Below are positions 49,769-59,085 of a DNA stretch of 64,000 nucleotides, piece by piece. This DNA is from a virus (taxonomy: Duplodnaviria > Caudoviricetes): positions 9,350-73,349 of IMG/VR virus record IMGVR_UViG_3300028534_000024, one strand, 5' to 3'. The position numbers and the translations under genes were made by a program. The notes under the pieces were generated by a model. It saw nothing but the letters and a program-made list of their open reading frames with translations, was not told where the DNA came from and did not search any database. Numbering within the stretch: the stretch's first letter is position 1; each line of letters starts with the position of its first letter.

Positions 49769-50696
49769 GAATACTCCTTATATAATCTTCATCTTTTTTA
49801 ATTGTTTTAGGTAAAATAGATATTAAAGTATCTATAATAGTATCTTTCTTGGTCACAACTTCTTTTTTAGTAGCTTCTTCTTTTTCTATTTTAGGTATAA
49901 GCCTAGTAATACAGGAGGGTATAACTAACTTCTTTAGTTTTTTAAGTTCATCAGTATTTCGTATATCTACTTTAATGATATATTTATGTTTTATGTCAAT
50001 ATTTTCTAGGAAAGAAACTAATTTTGATAAAGGTAAAGTTATAGATAGTTTATTAGGTAAGTCTAGTAGAACTCGTTCATAAGTTAAATCTTCGAAATTT
50101 ACAAGTAGGTATGAATGCTCACCTTGAATTTTATATTTATTAGAATATGGACTTCCAATATAGATTACATTAGCTTCAGGTTCATAGCTTTCATGAATAT
50201 CTCCTAAAAATACTATATCAAATTTGTTTTTAATATCACTTTCATATTTATAAAGTTCACCTTTACCAAATAATGGATGTGACCATCTAAAATGTGATAA
50301 TAATACATTATTTCCTTTATAAGATAAATCTAAATATTGTATAGATTCTATATCTTGATGACCTATAGGATATATTTTAGTTGTTCCTGTAAAAGAAGTT
50401 TCTATTTTTTGAATATTAAACAAACCCATAATATCATCAAGGCAGTAGTATTGAGCATTTACTCTTTCGTGATTACCTTCGATATAGTAAATTGGCTTAC
50501 TAATACAATCTATAAATTCTTTAAAAGCTATAATATCAAACATATCTGGTTTTGATTTATCAAATATATCTCCTAGAAGATATACTTCATCTGATTCATC
50601 TCTATCTAAAATACTTCCAAGTTCTATCAGTCTATTAGTTTCAAATACTTTGTCTTCTGAAGTATTGATATGAATATCAGCCACTAGTGATACCAT
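49758..50696 (-). CDS. SbcD/Mre11/gp47-like nuclease
   Basis: 'ADIH', 'LGDIFD', 'GNHE', 'LGDIH', 'YIGSP'. Confidence 0.92.
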   Translation of the reverse strand: MVSLVADIHINTSEDKVFETNRLIELGSILDRDESDEVYLLGDIFDKSKPDMFDIIAFKEFIDCISKPIYYIEGNHERVNAQYYCLDDIMGLFNIQKIETSFTGTTKIYPIGHQDIESIQYLDLSYKGNNVLLSHFRWSHPLFGKGELYKYESDIKNKFDIVFLGDIHESYEPEANVIYIGSPYSNKYKIQGEHSYLLVNFEDLTYERVLLDLPNKLSITLPLSKLVSFLENIDIKHKYIIKVDIRNTDELKKLKKLVIPSCITRLIPKIEKEEATKKEVVTKKDTIIDTLISILPKTIKKDEDYIRSILEN

Positions 50697-51060
50697 CGTG
50701 CTTCCTTATAAAATATGCACAATAAAATTCCATTGGGTTATTTATTAATAATTGTAATTGCATACAGTTTCCTATTTTATTGTCAAAATTTTCACAACAA
50801 TTACAACATTTATCATTCACTATAACTACTGCATACTCCATAAACATTTTATGTACTGTTATTAATTTATTAGCTTTTTTATTATATACATAAGCATGAT
50901 TTATATCTTCATGTGGTATATTAACCCATACATCCTTGTCTTCATAATCGTATGATAACGATTTAAGTTGTTTTAATGTAGGAACTTCCCATCCTTCTTT
51001 ATTAGCCACATCAAAAAGTTCACTATAACCAAATTTTTTAATTAAACTTTTTAGCCGCAT
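50677..51060 (-). CDS. Hypothetical protein
   Basis: 'GWEVPTLKQL' motif, Cys-rich C-terminus. Confidence 0.5.
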   Translation of the reverse strand: MRLKSLIKKFGYSELFDVANKEGWEVPTLKQLKSLSYDYEDKDVWVNIPHEDINHAYVYNKKANKLITVHKMFMEYAVVIVNDKCCNCCENFDNKIGNCMQLQLLINNPMEFYCAYFIRKHDGITSG

Positions 51061-51281
51061 TAATTATCCTTATAATTATCTATAACTTTACTCAGAAAAT
51101 TAAAAATAGTGTAATCTAGATCAGAGTCTTTAATGCATGGTACTTTATTACACTCTGTGTATTCTTCTACAGTGTTACTACTTAGATTCATTCTGTGCCA
51201 CATAGTGTACACTTCTTCAATAGTTTCTAGTGTGATAGTAACAGGTTTAAATTCTTTATTTTGTTCAATTTTCATATGCAT
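51060..51281 (-). CDS. Hypothetical protein
   Basis: ORF in operon. Confidence 0.5.
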   Translation of the reverse strand: MHMKIEQNKEFKPVTITLETIEEVYTMWHRMNLSSNTVEEYTECNKVPCIKDSDLDYTIFNFLSKVIDNYKDN

Positions 51282-51294
51282 CCTTTTGGTTTAT

Positions 51295-51726
51295 TTAATG
51301 GTATAACATATTAGATATACTTAATGTATCTACATAATGTAGAATATGGTTAGGAATAATAACACTATAGTTTTCTGAATGTTTAGTCCTTACTTTACCG
51401 ATACTTGTATGTCTATATTTAGGCTTTATAAGTAGATTTAAATGTAACTCTTTGCACAATTCTATAATAGTACCTAAATCTAAATAATGAATAGGTTGTA
51501 TTTCAAACATACCACTATATCCATACTCATACCCATTATCATCTTCAAATTCATAATATTCATAAGGATTAAAAGTTACATTTCCAGATGATTCATAATA
51601 TCGTCTTATACGATTTTCTATTTCATCATCATCGAAATATAACTCATAATCTTTTGTTAGTTTATCTATTATTATAGCTTTCATAGTTTTATCCTTATAA
51701 AATGTTGATATGGACAAAAAGTCCAT
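51295..51726 (-). CDS. Hypothetical protein
   Basis: ORF in operon. Confidence 0.45.
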   Translation of the reverse strand: MDFLSISTFYKDKTMKAIIIDKLTKDYELYFDDDEIENRIRRYYESSGNVTFNPYEYYEFEDDNGYEYGYSGMFEIQPIHYLDLGTIIELCKELHLNLLIKPKYRHTSIGKVRTKHSENYSVIIPNHILHYVDTLSISNMLYH

Positions 51727-51731
51727 ATCAG

Positions 51732-52529
51732 TTATGCTGGAAGATCATCTTGTGATGTTGTCCCTGTTTTAGACATAAGCTCCTCATCGAGCTGTCTATT
51801 TAAATCTTCTATATATTGATTTATAGCTTTATTAGTCTCAAGAATAAAGTTAAGATTATCAATCATTTCTTGTCCTTCGAATGCCCTAGCTGTTGTATTT
51901 TCGTTATCCAAATCAACAACAGCATACTTAACTGCTCCTTGTTTTCCTACCCCCATTTCCATATTAATAACTACATATGGAGTTTTTGGATTTACTGAAG
52001 ATATAAGCTGATTCATACCATAAAGAATAGTACCTTTAATATACATATTATATGGTGTAAATGGTTCATCACTTTCTTTTGGTCTAATACCAATAGTTAG
52101 TAATGTTTGTGGTTTTACATCTTTACCTTCATCGATAAGTTGTACCACAGACTTACCGGAAATTACATCTATATAGTTTACCTTTTTTGTATAAGGATCT
52201 TGTAGTTTTGTTTTAACTGAGACAGAATTTGTTGTCGGGTCAAACATATTATACATAGATTTTCTATTAATAATAAGAATATCTATATCTTTTGGATCGT
52301 ATACTATATTGTATTTGATAACTTCACCATCTTCATCTTTCTCAGGATCCCCTACAATTTGTCCGATCTCTGCAATACCTTTAACATTATTAACTTTTAA
52401 AAGGGGGAACGGTAATGAAACACCTGTAGTTACCTCAAATTGTTCTTTATATACTTTCTCTGCTTCTTCTATATCCATACCTGAAGCTATTAATTGTGCT
52501 ATAATTTGTTCTTTCATTTCGTTTGCCAT
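51732..52529 (-). CDS. Putative single-stranded DNA-binding protein
   Basis: 265 aa with acidic tail ending 'SQDDLPA', next to recombination genes; inference. Confidence 0.5.
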   Translation of the reverse strand: MANEMKEQIIAQLIASGMDIEEAEKVYKEQFEVTTGVSLPFPLLKVNNVKGIAEIGQIVGDPEKDEDGEVIKYNIVYDPKDIDILIINRKSMYNMFDPTTNSVSVKTKLQDPYTKKVNYIDVISGKSVVQLIDEGKDVKPQTLLTIGIRPKESDEPFTPYNMYIKGTILYGMNQLISSVNPKTPYVVINMEMGVGKQGAVKYAVVDLDNENTTARAFEGQEMIDNLNFILETNKAINQYIEDLNRQLDEELMSKTGTTSQDDLPA

Positions 52530-52625
52530 TTAAATTCCTTATAATTTATTATTTTAGTTGTTAGCATTATGCACCTATTATTTATTTGTTATATTTTAAC
52601 TACTATACTTATTTATTAAATTATT

Positions 52626-52829
52626 TCATAAAATCTCCTTATCTTTTGGTGTTAATCTTTCAGTTATGATCGAAGGACATATATAACCACCCATCACGAT
52701 AGCTTCAATGAGTTGTTTGATCTCTTTAGATGATAATGATGATAGATTTAATAACTTTTTACCTCTCTTAGGCGATAATGTTAGACTATCTCTTGTGAGT
52801 TCTGATAATTTATATTTTCTAAACTCCAT
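52626..52829 (-). CDS. Hypothetical protein
   Basis: GAAAGGA RBS behind a consensus promoter. Confidence 0.55.
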   Translation of the reverse strand: MEFRKYKLSELTRDSLTLSPKRGKKLLNLSSLSSKEIKQLIEAIVMGGYICPSIITERLTPKDKEIL

Positions 52830-52857
52830 ATATGTCCTTTCTAATTTTATATTTGGT

Positions 52858-52887
52858 ATTATATCATAGTAGATATAAATTTGTCAA
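52858..52887 (-). promoter_or_regulatory. Sigma70-type promoter TTGACA-N18-TATAAT (extended -10)
   Basis: Minus strand TTGACA aatttatatctactatga TATAAT. Confidence 0.85.
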
Positions 52888-52895
52888 GATGTAAG

Positions 52896-53220
52896 GATAA
52901 ATAATTTAAAAGAAAATATGAAAGGTTTTACCCCTAAGGCAACCTATGATACCTAAATGAAAAGAAAAGCCTTTTAAGATACCATTATGTTGCTTTAAAT
53001 GGTATATCTTGTCAGAAAACTTTATATAATAATATAAATTAATTTCAATTTTCTTTTGTTACAAAAGTTTCCTGAAAATACTATATAAATTTCAAGAAAT
53101 TTACATTTTACTCTTGACAAATCTTTAATAGTGTGGTATAATATCAGTCTGAACCGAAAGGTTCCCAATATATAGACCGTAGGTCTTAGCTTATAAGATA
53201 ACTATATAGCTATTTTATAG
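52896..53220 (+). repeat. Repeat family A, copy 3, inverted (-35 at 53114-19, -10 at 53137-42)
   Basis: Reverse complement aligns to copies 1/2 and is identical to copy 4 over 117 bp. Confidence 0.97.
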
Positions 53221-53221
53221 A

Positions 53222-53623
53222 CTATATTTTACCCCATGTTTTATTATACCCATACTTATGTATGATTCTATATACAGATGCTACAGATATATCATAGTCT
53301 TTTGCAAGTTGCCTTGATGATATACCATTTAATATAAATTCCTCAATTATACTTTTATGAAGTACTTTAGGTATTCTTTTACGGATACATTTAAGTTTGT
53401 TATTGTATATTTTAAATTGCTTATGTACATCATATTTATTTACCTCTTCTTGTGTAGCATAGTAGAATTTGTAAAGTCCATCCACCCAAACAATAGGAGC
53501 AACATTATTACATACGCTTATATATTCGTTATCATTACTTACTACTAATATCCCATATCCATTATCGTAGGCTTTTTGTGCTTCCTCTATTGTTAATTCT
53601 TTTCTATTTTTAAAGTTTTTCAT
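53222..53623 (-). CDS. HTH-containing protein
   Basis: C-terminal 'ISSRQLAKDYDISVASVYRII'. Confidence 0.65.
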   Translation of the reverse strand: MKNFKNRKELTIEEAQKAYDNGYGILVVSNDNEYISVCNNVAPIVWVDGLYKFYYATQEEVNKYDVHKQFKIYNNKLKCIRKRIPKVLHKSIIEEFILNGISSRQLAKDYDISVASVYRIIHKYGYNKTWGKI

Positions 53624-53699
53624 TATTTATCCTTATGTTAGTTTAAATTACTTACCTATTAAAATAAGCAACTTTCTTGGTGTTGCTTATACTTTACCA

Positions 53700-54578
53700 T
53701 TAACTAATGAATTTATGTTGATCAAGTAAATCATCTGGATCAAATCCTAATGACCATAATATTTCCCTGAATATTTTATTCTCCTCTTCCAATTCATCAT
53801 AGTAAACATCATAGTAGTCGAAATAATTATCAACATATATATTATCTTTACTTTCATAGACTTTGTTAGGTATCTCTATATCCTTAAGTACTTGAAGAGT
53901 ATTTTCCATACAGTCTACATATAACACCTCATTTTTTGTATGTTCATTATCGTAGCCAACGCTTAAGTTTACACAAGCAATATCGTTTGCCAGCTCAGAG
54001 GCATCTGTGATAGAACCTATACTTTCCTTAAAGCCATACTCAGTAAATAGCTTTGTAAGCTCGTCATTATCATAACCATATAATGCAACTTCCTGTTTAC
54101 CATAGCCAGATTTTCTATCTAAACCAATAAAACAAGTCGGGCTAAAATCCTCGATAAGATTTTCTTTTAGGTCTAGGGATAAGTTTCCACTACCAATACA
54201 CCCTATCTCTTCATCTATAAAGAAACCTATATCATATTTAAAGTTATCCGTCTCATTCATATAATCTATCAACTTTAATGCAATATATAGTCCTGCTCTA
54301 TCATCACCCCCTAGGCAACTTAGTTCGGATAAGGGAGAAAGACTTATAATATTATTCTTACTGTCGAAAACAAAATCATCTACAGTAGGTTTTATATTAT
54401 CCTTACTGTGTGTATTTATTGTATCTAAATGTACACATAGTAAAGGCTTTGAGGATGGACTTGTTAGTAGAATATATTTATCTCCTATTATTTTATCAAA
54501 TCCATCGAATTTTTTGTTAAAAAAATACTCATATATCTCATCTTGTGTTTTACTTAAAATACTTATTATGTTATCCAT
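53700..54578 (-). CDS. M20/M28-family metallopeptidase-like protein
   Basis: 'VHLDT', 'GGDDRAG', 'DEEIG', 'GLDR', 'SITD', 'NLSVGYDNEHT'. Confidence 0.85.
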   Translation of the reverse strand: MDNIISILSKTQDEIYEYFFNKKFDGFDKIIGDKYILLTSPSSKPLLCVHLDTINTHSKDNIKPTVDDFVFDSKNNIISLSPLSELSCLGGDDRAGLYIALKLIDYMNETDNFKYDIGFFIDEEIGCIGSGNLSLDLKENLIEDFSPTCFIGLDRKSGYGKQEVALYGYDNDELTKLFTEYGFKESIGSITDASELANDIACVNLSVGYDNEHTKNEVLYVDCMENTLQVLKDIEIPNKVYESKDNIYVDNYFDYYDVYYDELEEENKIFREILWSLGFDPDDLLDQHKFIS

Positions 54579-54587
54579 TTATTTTCC

Positions 54588-56093
54588 TTAATTTTTGTTG
54601 TATTCTAAAAATGCTTCCTCTGATGACCAATATGTATCAGATTCTTCATCATAATATAAGTCTGTATTACCACTATAATATACATCTAAGTCTTGTATAT
54701 AATATACATTATCAATATTCTCATAGTATTCTCCACTATCTTCTGTATAGTATAAATCTGAACTATCACTATAGTATTCTTCACTATCTTCTGCGTAGTA
54801 TAGACCATCAGTATAGTAGTACCATTCATTTGTACTATATATGTATACACAATCATCCTTAAATTTATATTCATCTATATCTTTAGCATAACATATATCG
54901 TCATCATCTTGCAGATACCAACCATAGCCATGGATATAACATAAATCTTCTGTATAGCAGTAGTATTCATCATCGCTTTCACAATAGGTAGCATCATCCT
55001 CATGTACATAATCATCTATATCTACACACCATACACCGCTTCTAAATTCTGATATACCACAATCCTCTCCAGAAGAGCCATCTGTTCTTTGTAAGGAGTC
55101 TATATAATCATCACTACAGTTAGTTAACCTGTACCTATCACTATCCTCTATGACATAGCACATATTATCAACATATGGTACATAATCATAACTACCAACA
55201 GACTTTTTGGTTACAAAATCTGTGGTACTATCTGGTAAACTACTATACCCGTTCTCTCTAGCCCACTTTTGTAATGTTAATCTATTTATTTCATTATCAA
55301 AGAAGATACGATCAATATATTTAAGATTACCATCTTGGGCATCATTATCTTCGTAATAGTATTCTAAATTATTATCCCATAGTAATGCCCTAGCTCTTAA
55401 ATATCCATCTTCCTCAATATATGCAATTTTACACCCAAGATCCTCATAAATCTCCATAAATTTACCCTTATTTGCCATACAGGATCCTCCAACATTAGAT
55501 ATATCATATACTCTTCTTATATCGTCAGATACTTTTACTATATTTGTATCTATACTATAAGCTGATTTCCATTTAGATACATACTCTTCTATTTTTGTAG
55601 AATCTGGATATATTAAAATATTCTGTAGAATCTTCCCAAGTTTTAATTCTTGGTCACGATTATGTAACCAGAATTTACCTGATATTGCATTCTTTATATA
55701 ATGCTTCTCCTCTGTATTTAATGATTTAAAGGAGCTTATTTCGTATATGTTATTATTCTGTTTCGCAATAGTAGGTAATATTTCATTATCACCTATATTA
55801 CAAATATTCTGTACTCTCCATAAAGTTTTGTTACTAATATATAATTTTTTCTGTGGTATAGAAAAATCTCCGTGACCTTCGTAATATTTAAATGGTTCAT
55901 CAAGCCTATTTTTAATTTTACCTTGTAAAAAGGTATCTAAATTAGTTGCATAACAAAAATCAGTATATCTAGTATCGTCAGGACAATCGTCTATAAATAT
56001 ATATCTAGAATCTTTATAGGTTATAGCATAACCATCCTCCCAAGCCTTTTGTGCTTCTTCTTTTGTTAGCTCTTTTCTTTTGAAGTTATCCAT
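54588..56093 (-). CDS. Hypothetical protein with 'GSCM' and 'RARALLW...DRIF' motifs and Tyr/Asp-rich C-terminal repeats
   Basis: Translation; about 16-aa periodic YYxED units at the C-terminus. Confidence 0.7.
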   Translation of the reverse strand: MDNFKRKELTKEEAQKAWEDGYAITYKDSRYIFIDDCPDDTRYTDFCYATNLDTFLQGKIKNRLDEPFKYYEGHGDFSIPQKKLYISNKTLWRVQNICNIGDNEILPTIAKQNNNIYEISSFKSLNTEEKHYIKNAISGKFWLHNRDQELKLGKILQNILIYPDSTKIEEYVSKWKSAYSIDTNIVKVSDDIRRVYDISNVGGSCMANKGKFMEIYEDLGCKIAYIEEDGYLRARALLWDNNLEYYYEDNDAQDGNLKYIDRIFFDNEINRLTLQKWARENGYSSLPDSTTDFVTKKSVGSYDYVPYVDNMCYVIEDSDRYRLTNCSDDYIDSLQRTDGSSGEDCGISEFRSGVWCVDIDDYVHEDDATYCESDDEYYCYTEDLCYIHGYGWYLQDDDDICYAKDIDEYKFKDDCVYIYSTNEWYYYTDGLYYAEDSEEYYSDSSDLYYTEDSGEYYENIDNVYYIQDLDVYYSGNTDLYYDEESDTYWSSEEAFLEYNKN

Positions 56094-56097
56094 GTTG

Positions 56098-56307
56098 TTA
56101 TCCTTCTGTAGTTTTTATTGAGTTAAACATTGCTACATATAGTAGTGAATTTGAGTTTTCTCTCTTGTGTACTCTGATTTGATTATTGTCATAGAAAGAA
56201 GTTAATTTAAGATAATTATCTTTGTCTCTATACTTAATTTGCTTTTTTCTTATATCATCTAAAGAGATCTCATTATATAACTTGCCATCTTCAAACACTA
56301 ATTGCAA
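56098..56307 (-). CDS. Hypothetical protein
   Basis: ORF in operon. Confidence 0.45.
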   Translation of the reverse strand: MQLVFEDGKLYNEISLDDIRKKQIKYRDKDNYLKLTSFYDNNQIRVHKRENSNSLLYVAMFNSIKTTEG

Positions 56308-56412
56308 TGCTTCCGTTTCTAGATCTTTATATTTACCTTTAGTTGTTCTATATGTTTTCTTTGCTGTGTTAAATGCTATTTCTATTCTACCTTTTTAGAA
56401 TTGTACTTGCTT

Positions 56413-56640
56413 TTATTTTTTGTGCTTATTTATATACTCATTATGATTATACTGTCCATAAATTGTGTTGTCATTACTTTCTGTACAATTTAATGATGTT
56501 TCGTTTTTTATTATAGAATTTAAAGTTCTTTCCCCTTGTTCATATTCTTTATATTTTTTTGTTTTTACAGACACTCCTGTACCAGCAATAGTTTGTAGTA
56601 CTGCTACTTTATTCCAAAAATCATCTATACAATTACTCAT
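56413..56640 (-). CDS. Hypothetical protein
   Basis: AAAGGA RBS. Confidence 0.45.
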   Translation of the reverse strand: MSNCIDDFWNKVAVLQTIAGTGVSVKTKKYKEYEQGERTLNSIIKNETSLNCTESNDNTIYGQYNHNEYINKHKK

Positions 56641-56810
56641 AGTTTGTCCTTTTTAATTATTAAGCATGTGATTAAATATCACAAAACCAAAAATACTTGC
56701 ACCTATACAAAGACCTACAGCTCCTTGTTCGGCTGCTTTCTGTGTTGTACTTAATGCCATTGGTATTATTGCATTTAATCCTACAATTATTGTTATTATC
56801 TCGTTTTTAT

Positions 56811-57014
56811 TCATTTATCTACCTTATCTACCTCTAATGTCAATGATTTTGTTAAATAACCTATATCATACATATCTTCATCAGGTTTGAAATTATTTAT
56901 GATTTCTTTAGCTAATTGTAAAGCTAATTCATTATCATAAGCTTCTATTAAATCTTTAAATCTACCATCTTTTACACCTGTTACACTAAAATTTACACTT
57001 GCTTTAATTATCAT
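56811..57014 (-). CDS. Hypothetical protein
   Basis: Start coupled to upstream stop. Confidence 0.5.
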   Translation of the reverse strand: MIIKASVNFSVTGVKDGRFKDLIEAYDNELALQLAKEIINNFKPDEDMYDIGYLTKSLTLEVDKVDK

Positions 57015-58147
57015 TATTTCTCCTTATGTTTAGTAAAAAATTCCTTAAAAGTTTGTCCTCCATATTGATTTTCTGTTATTTTAATAATTTCTTTTATAGA
57101 ATACTCTTCTTTTTTATCAATACGCTCTACGAAATTACGAGTACCTTGCGAACAAGCACCTGTGATGCTTCGATACATTACTATCATTTTATCAAGAGGT
57201 AAAGTAGTATCAAGAGTATAATTTTCATAGCCGGACATATCTCTATCTAGTAATTTGTAAGCCAAATCCTCTTTGGCTTCTTTAATAGTAGCTCCATGGG
57301 CAAATTGCCCATCTTGTTCTATGAGATAGGATGGACTATCGTACTCTTTTGTGTCAACATTAAAGTTCCTTACTTTTCTTACATTGCCTTTTTTAGTGAT
57401 AACCTTAGATAATATACTATCAGCTATAATATGTTCTTCCCCATCTTTATACCATTTACCATCTATAAGTTCCAAATATCCAGGTATCTTATACGGACAC
57501 CACTGAATGGTTTGATTATTTAAAACTATACATTCAAAAATATCGTGTCTTATAGCTACGATATTTTTACCACCAGCTTTTATTGTAGAGGACCAACCAG
57601 CTTTTATGGTAGAGTAACTACCAGTATCTATTGTAGAGGACCAACCAGCTTTTATGGTAGAGTACCGACCAGCTTTTATTGTAGATGAATCACCAGTATC
57701 TATTGTAGATGAACCACCAGTATCTATTGTAGATGAATCATCAGCTTTTATGATAGAGTAACTACCAGTATCTATTGTAGAGGACCAACCAGCTTTTATG
57801 GTAGAGTACCAACCAGCTTTTATTGTAGATGAACCACCAGTATCTATCGTAGATGAACCACCAGTATCTATTGTAGATGAATCACCAGCTTTTATGGTAG
57901 AGTAACTACCAGTATCTATTGTAGAGGACCAACCAGCTTTTATGGTAGAGTACCAACCAGCTTTTATTGTAGATGAACCACCAGTATCTATCGTAGATGA
58001 ACCACCAGCTTTTATAGTAGATGAATCACCAGCTTTTATAGTAGATGAATCACCAGCTTTTATGATAGAGGACCGACCAGCTTTTATTGTAGATGAACCT
58101 TTTTCTAAAATAATTTCGATACTGTTCTCATTCTTTGTTATTTTCAT
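57014..58147 (-). CDS. Octapeptide-repeat (beta-solenoid-like) protein
   Basis: 22 x GxxSTI(KA/DT) units; C-terminal 'YRSITGACSQGT..F' motif. Confidence 0.8.
   Translation of the reverse strand: MKITKNENSIEIILEKGSSTIKAGRSSIIKAGDSSTIKAGDSSTIKAGGSSTIDTGGSSTIKAGWYSTIKAGWSSTIDTGSYSTIKAGDSSTIDTGGSSTIDTGGSSTIKAGWYSTIKAGWSSTIDTGSYSIIKADDSSTIDTGGSSTIDTGDSSTIKAGRYSTIKAGWSSTIDTGSYSTIKAGWSSTIKAGGKNIVAIRHDIFECIVLNNQTIQWCPYKIPGYLELIDGKWYKDGEEHIIADSILSKVITKKGNVRKVRNFNVDTKEYDSPSYLIEQDGQFAHGATIKEAKEDLAYKLLDRDMSGYENYTLDTTLPLDKMIVMYRSITGACSQGTRNFVERIDKKEEYSIKEIIKITENQYGGQTFKEFFTKHKEK
57575..58102 (-). repeat. 24-bp tandem repeat array (22 units) with a 144-bp higher-order period
   Basis: Read directly from sequence and translation. 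Confidence 0.93.
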
Positions 58148-58439
58148 AATTTATCCTTTTTATATATTTAAATATACAATGCTATTTTTAAGTAACTCTT
58201 CAATAGTGTTATATATTTTATAATGCTTGATGTTTATTGTAGATGTTTTAAGCTTGTTGCCATTTCTGTATTGAATTTGTATAAAAGGATTTACATCATC
58301 TATTTTACATTTATGTGCTTGTATATATTTATAAAATACATCATCTGTTCATAGTACTTCAAACTCTATGATTTTATTATTTTTTATATAAAACATTACA
58401 TATCTAGTGTTATTGAATTTAATTTCATAACTTTATCCT

Positions 58440-59084
58440 TTATCTTGATATACTAGGTAGTTCTCCAATAAATGGCTCACAATTATCCCAGTAACTATTA
58501 CCACATATAATTTCTTTTATATTGTATTTATTTTCATTCATACTTAAAAATGTTGCTATATATGGATAATCACATTCGTTATTCCATATCCAAACTTTTT
58601 CTTCTGGTTCTGGTTCCCATAGTGTAATATCTTCCTTTTTATATACTCTATCTTTTGAGTATATATTATCATTTGTTATAAAAGCTATTTTATCTATTTT
58701 CCCATCTTTGGTTCGTATGAAATCATTTTCTTTGAACTTATATTCTTCTGGTTTTACTCTATATTTTTTGATATCTATTTTAATGGTAAAATTTGGAGAT
58801 AATTCAACATCTATCCACTCTTTTTTTATATCCATTCTATCTTGTATTACACCATATGAAGATATAACTTCCTTTAGGTGTTGTATAGTTTTACCTTCTG
58901 CTATAGCTTTTCTTAATTCTGCATATTCATCATTTATTACATATTTATTATGTACAAACCATTTTGGGTCATCAGTAAGAAACCATGTATTATTATTTTC
59001 TTTACACCATACTTTTGCCCCGTTTGGCTGAGTATAGAACCAGTCTATGATTTCTCTATATTTTAAATATTTTTCTCTTGTCAT
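58440..59084 (-). CDS. Hypothetical protein
   Basis: 'ELRKAIAEGKTIQ...W.D...YRVKP' and 'WEPEPEEKVW...CEPFIGELP'. Confidence 0.65.
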   Translation of the reverse strand: MTREKYLKYREIIDWFYTQPNGAKVWCKENNNTWFLTDDPKWFVHNKYVINDEYAELRKAIAEGKTIQHLKEVISSYGVIQDRMDIKKEWIDVELSPNFTIKIDIKKYRVKPEEYKFKENDFIRTKDGKIDKIAFITNDNIYSKDRVYKKEDITLWEPEPEEKVWIWNNECDYPYIATFLSMNENKYNIKEIICGNSYWDNCEPFIGELPSISR

Positions 59085-59085
59085 A

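Noticed and set aside
53141-53200. Hammerhead ribozyme in family A (CTGA...GAAA)
   Set aside because: CUGA is followed by ACC rather than NGA, and GAAA forms a hairpin loop rather than a core junction strand
54686-54874. Nested same-strand ORF in the Tyr/Asp repeat region
   Set aside because: Alternate frame of a low-complexity repeat; no RBS
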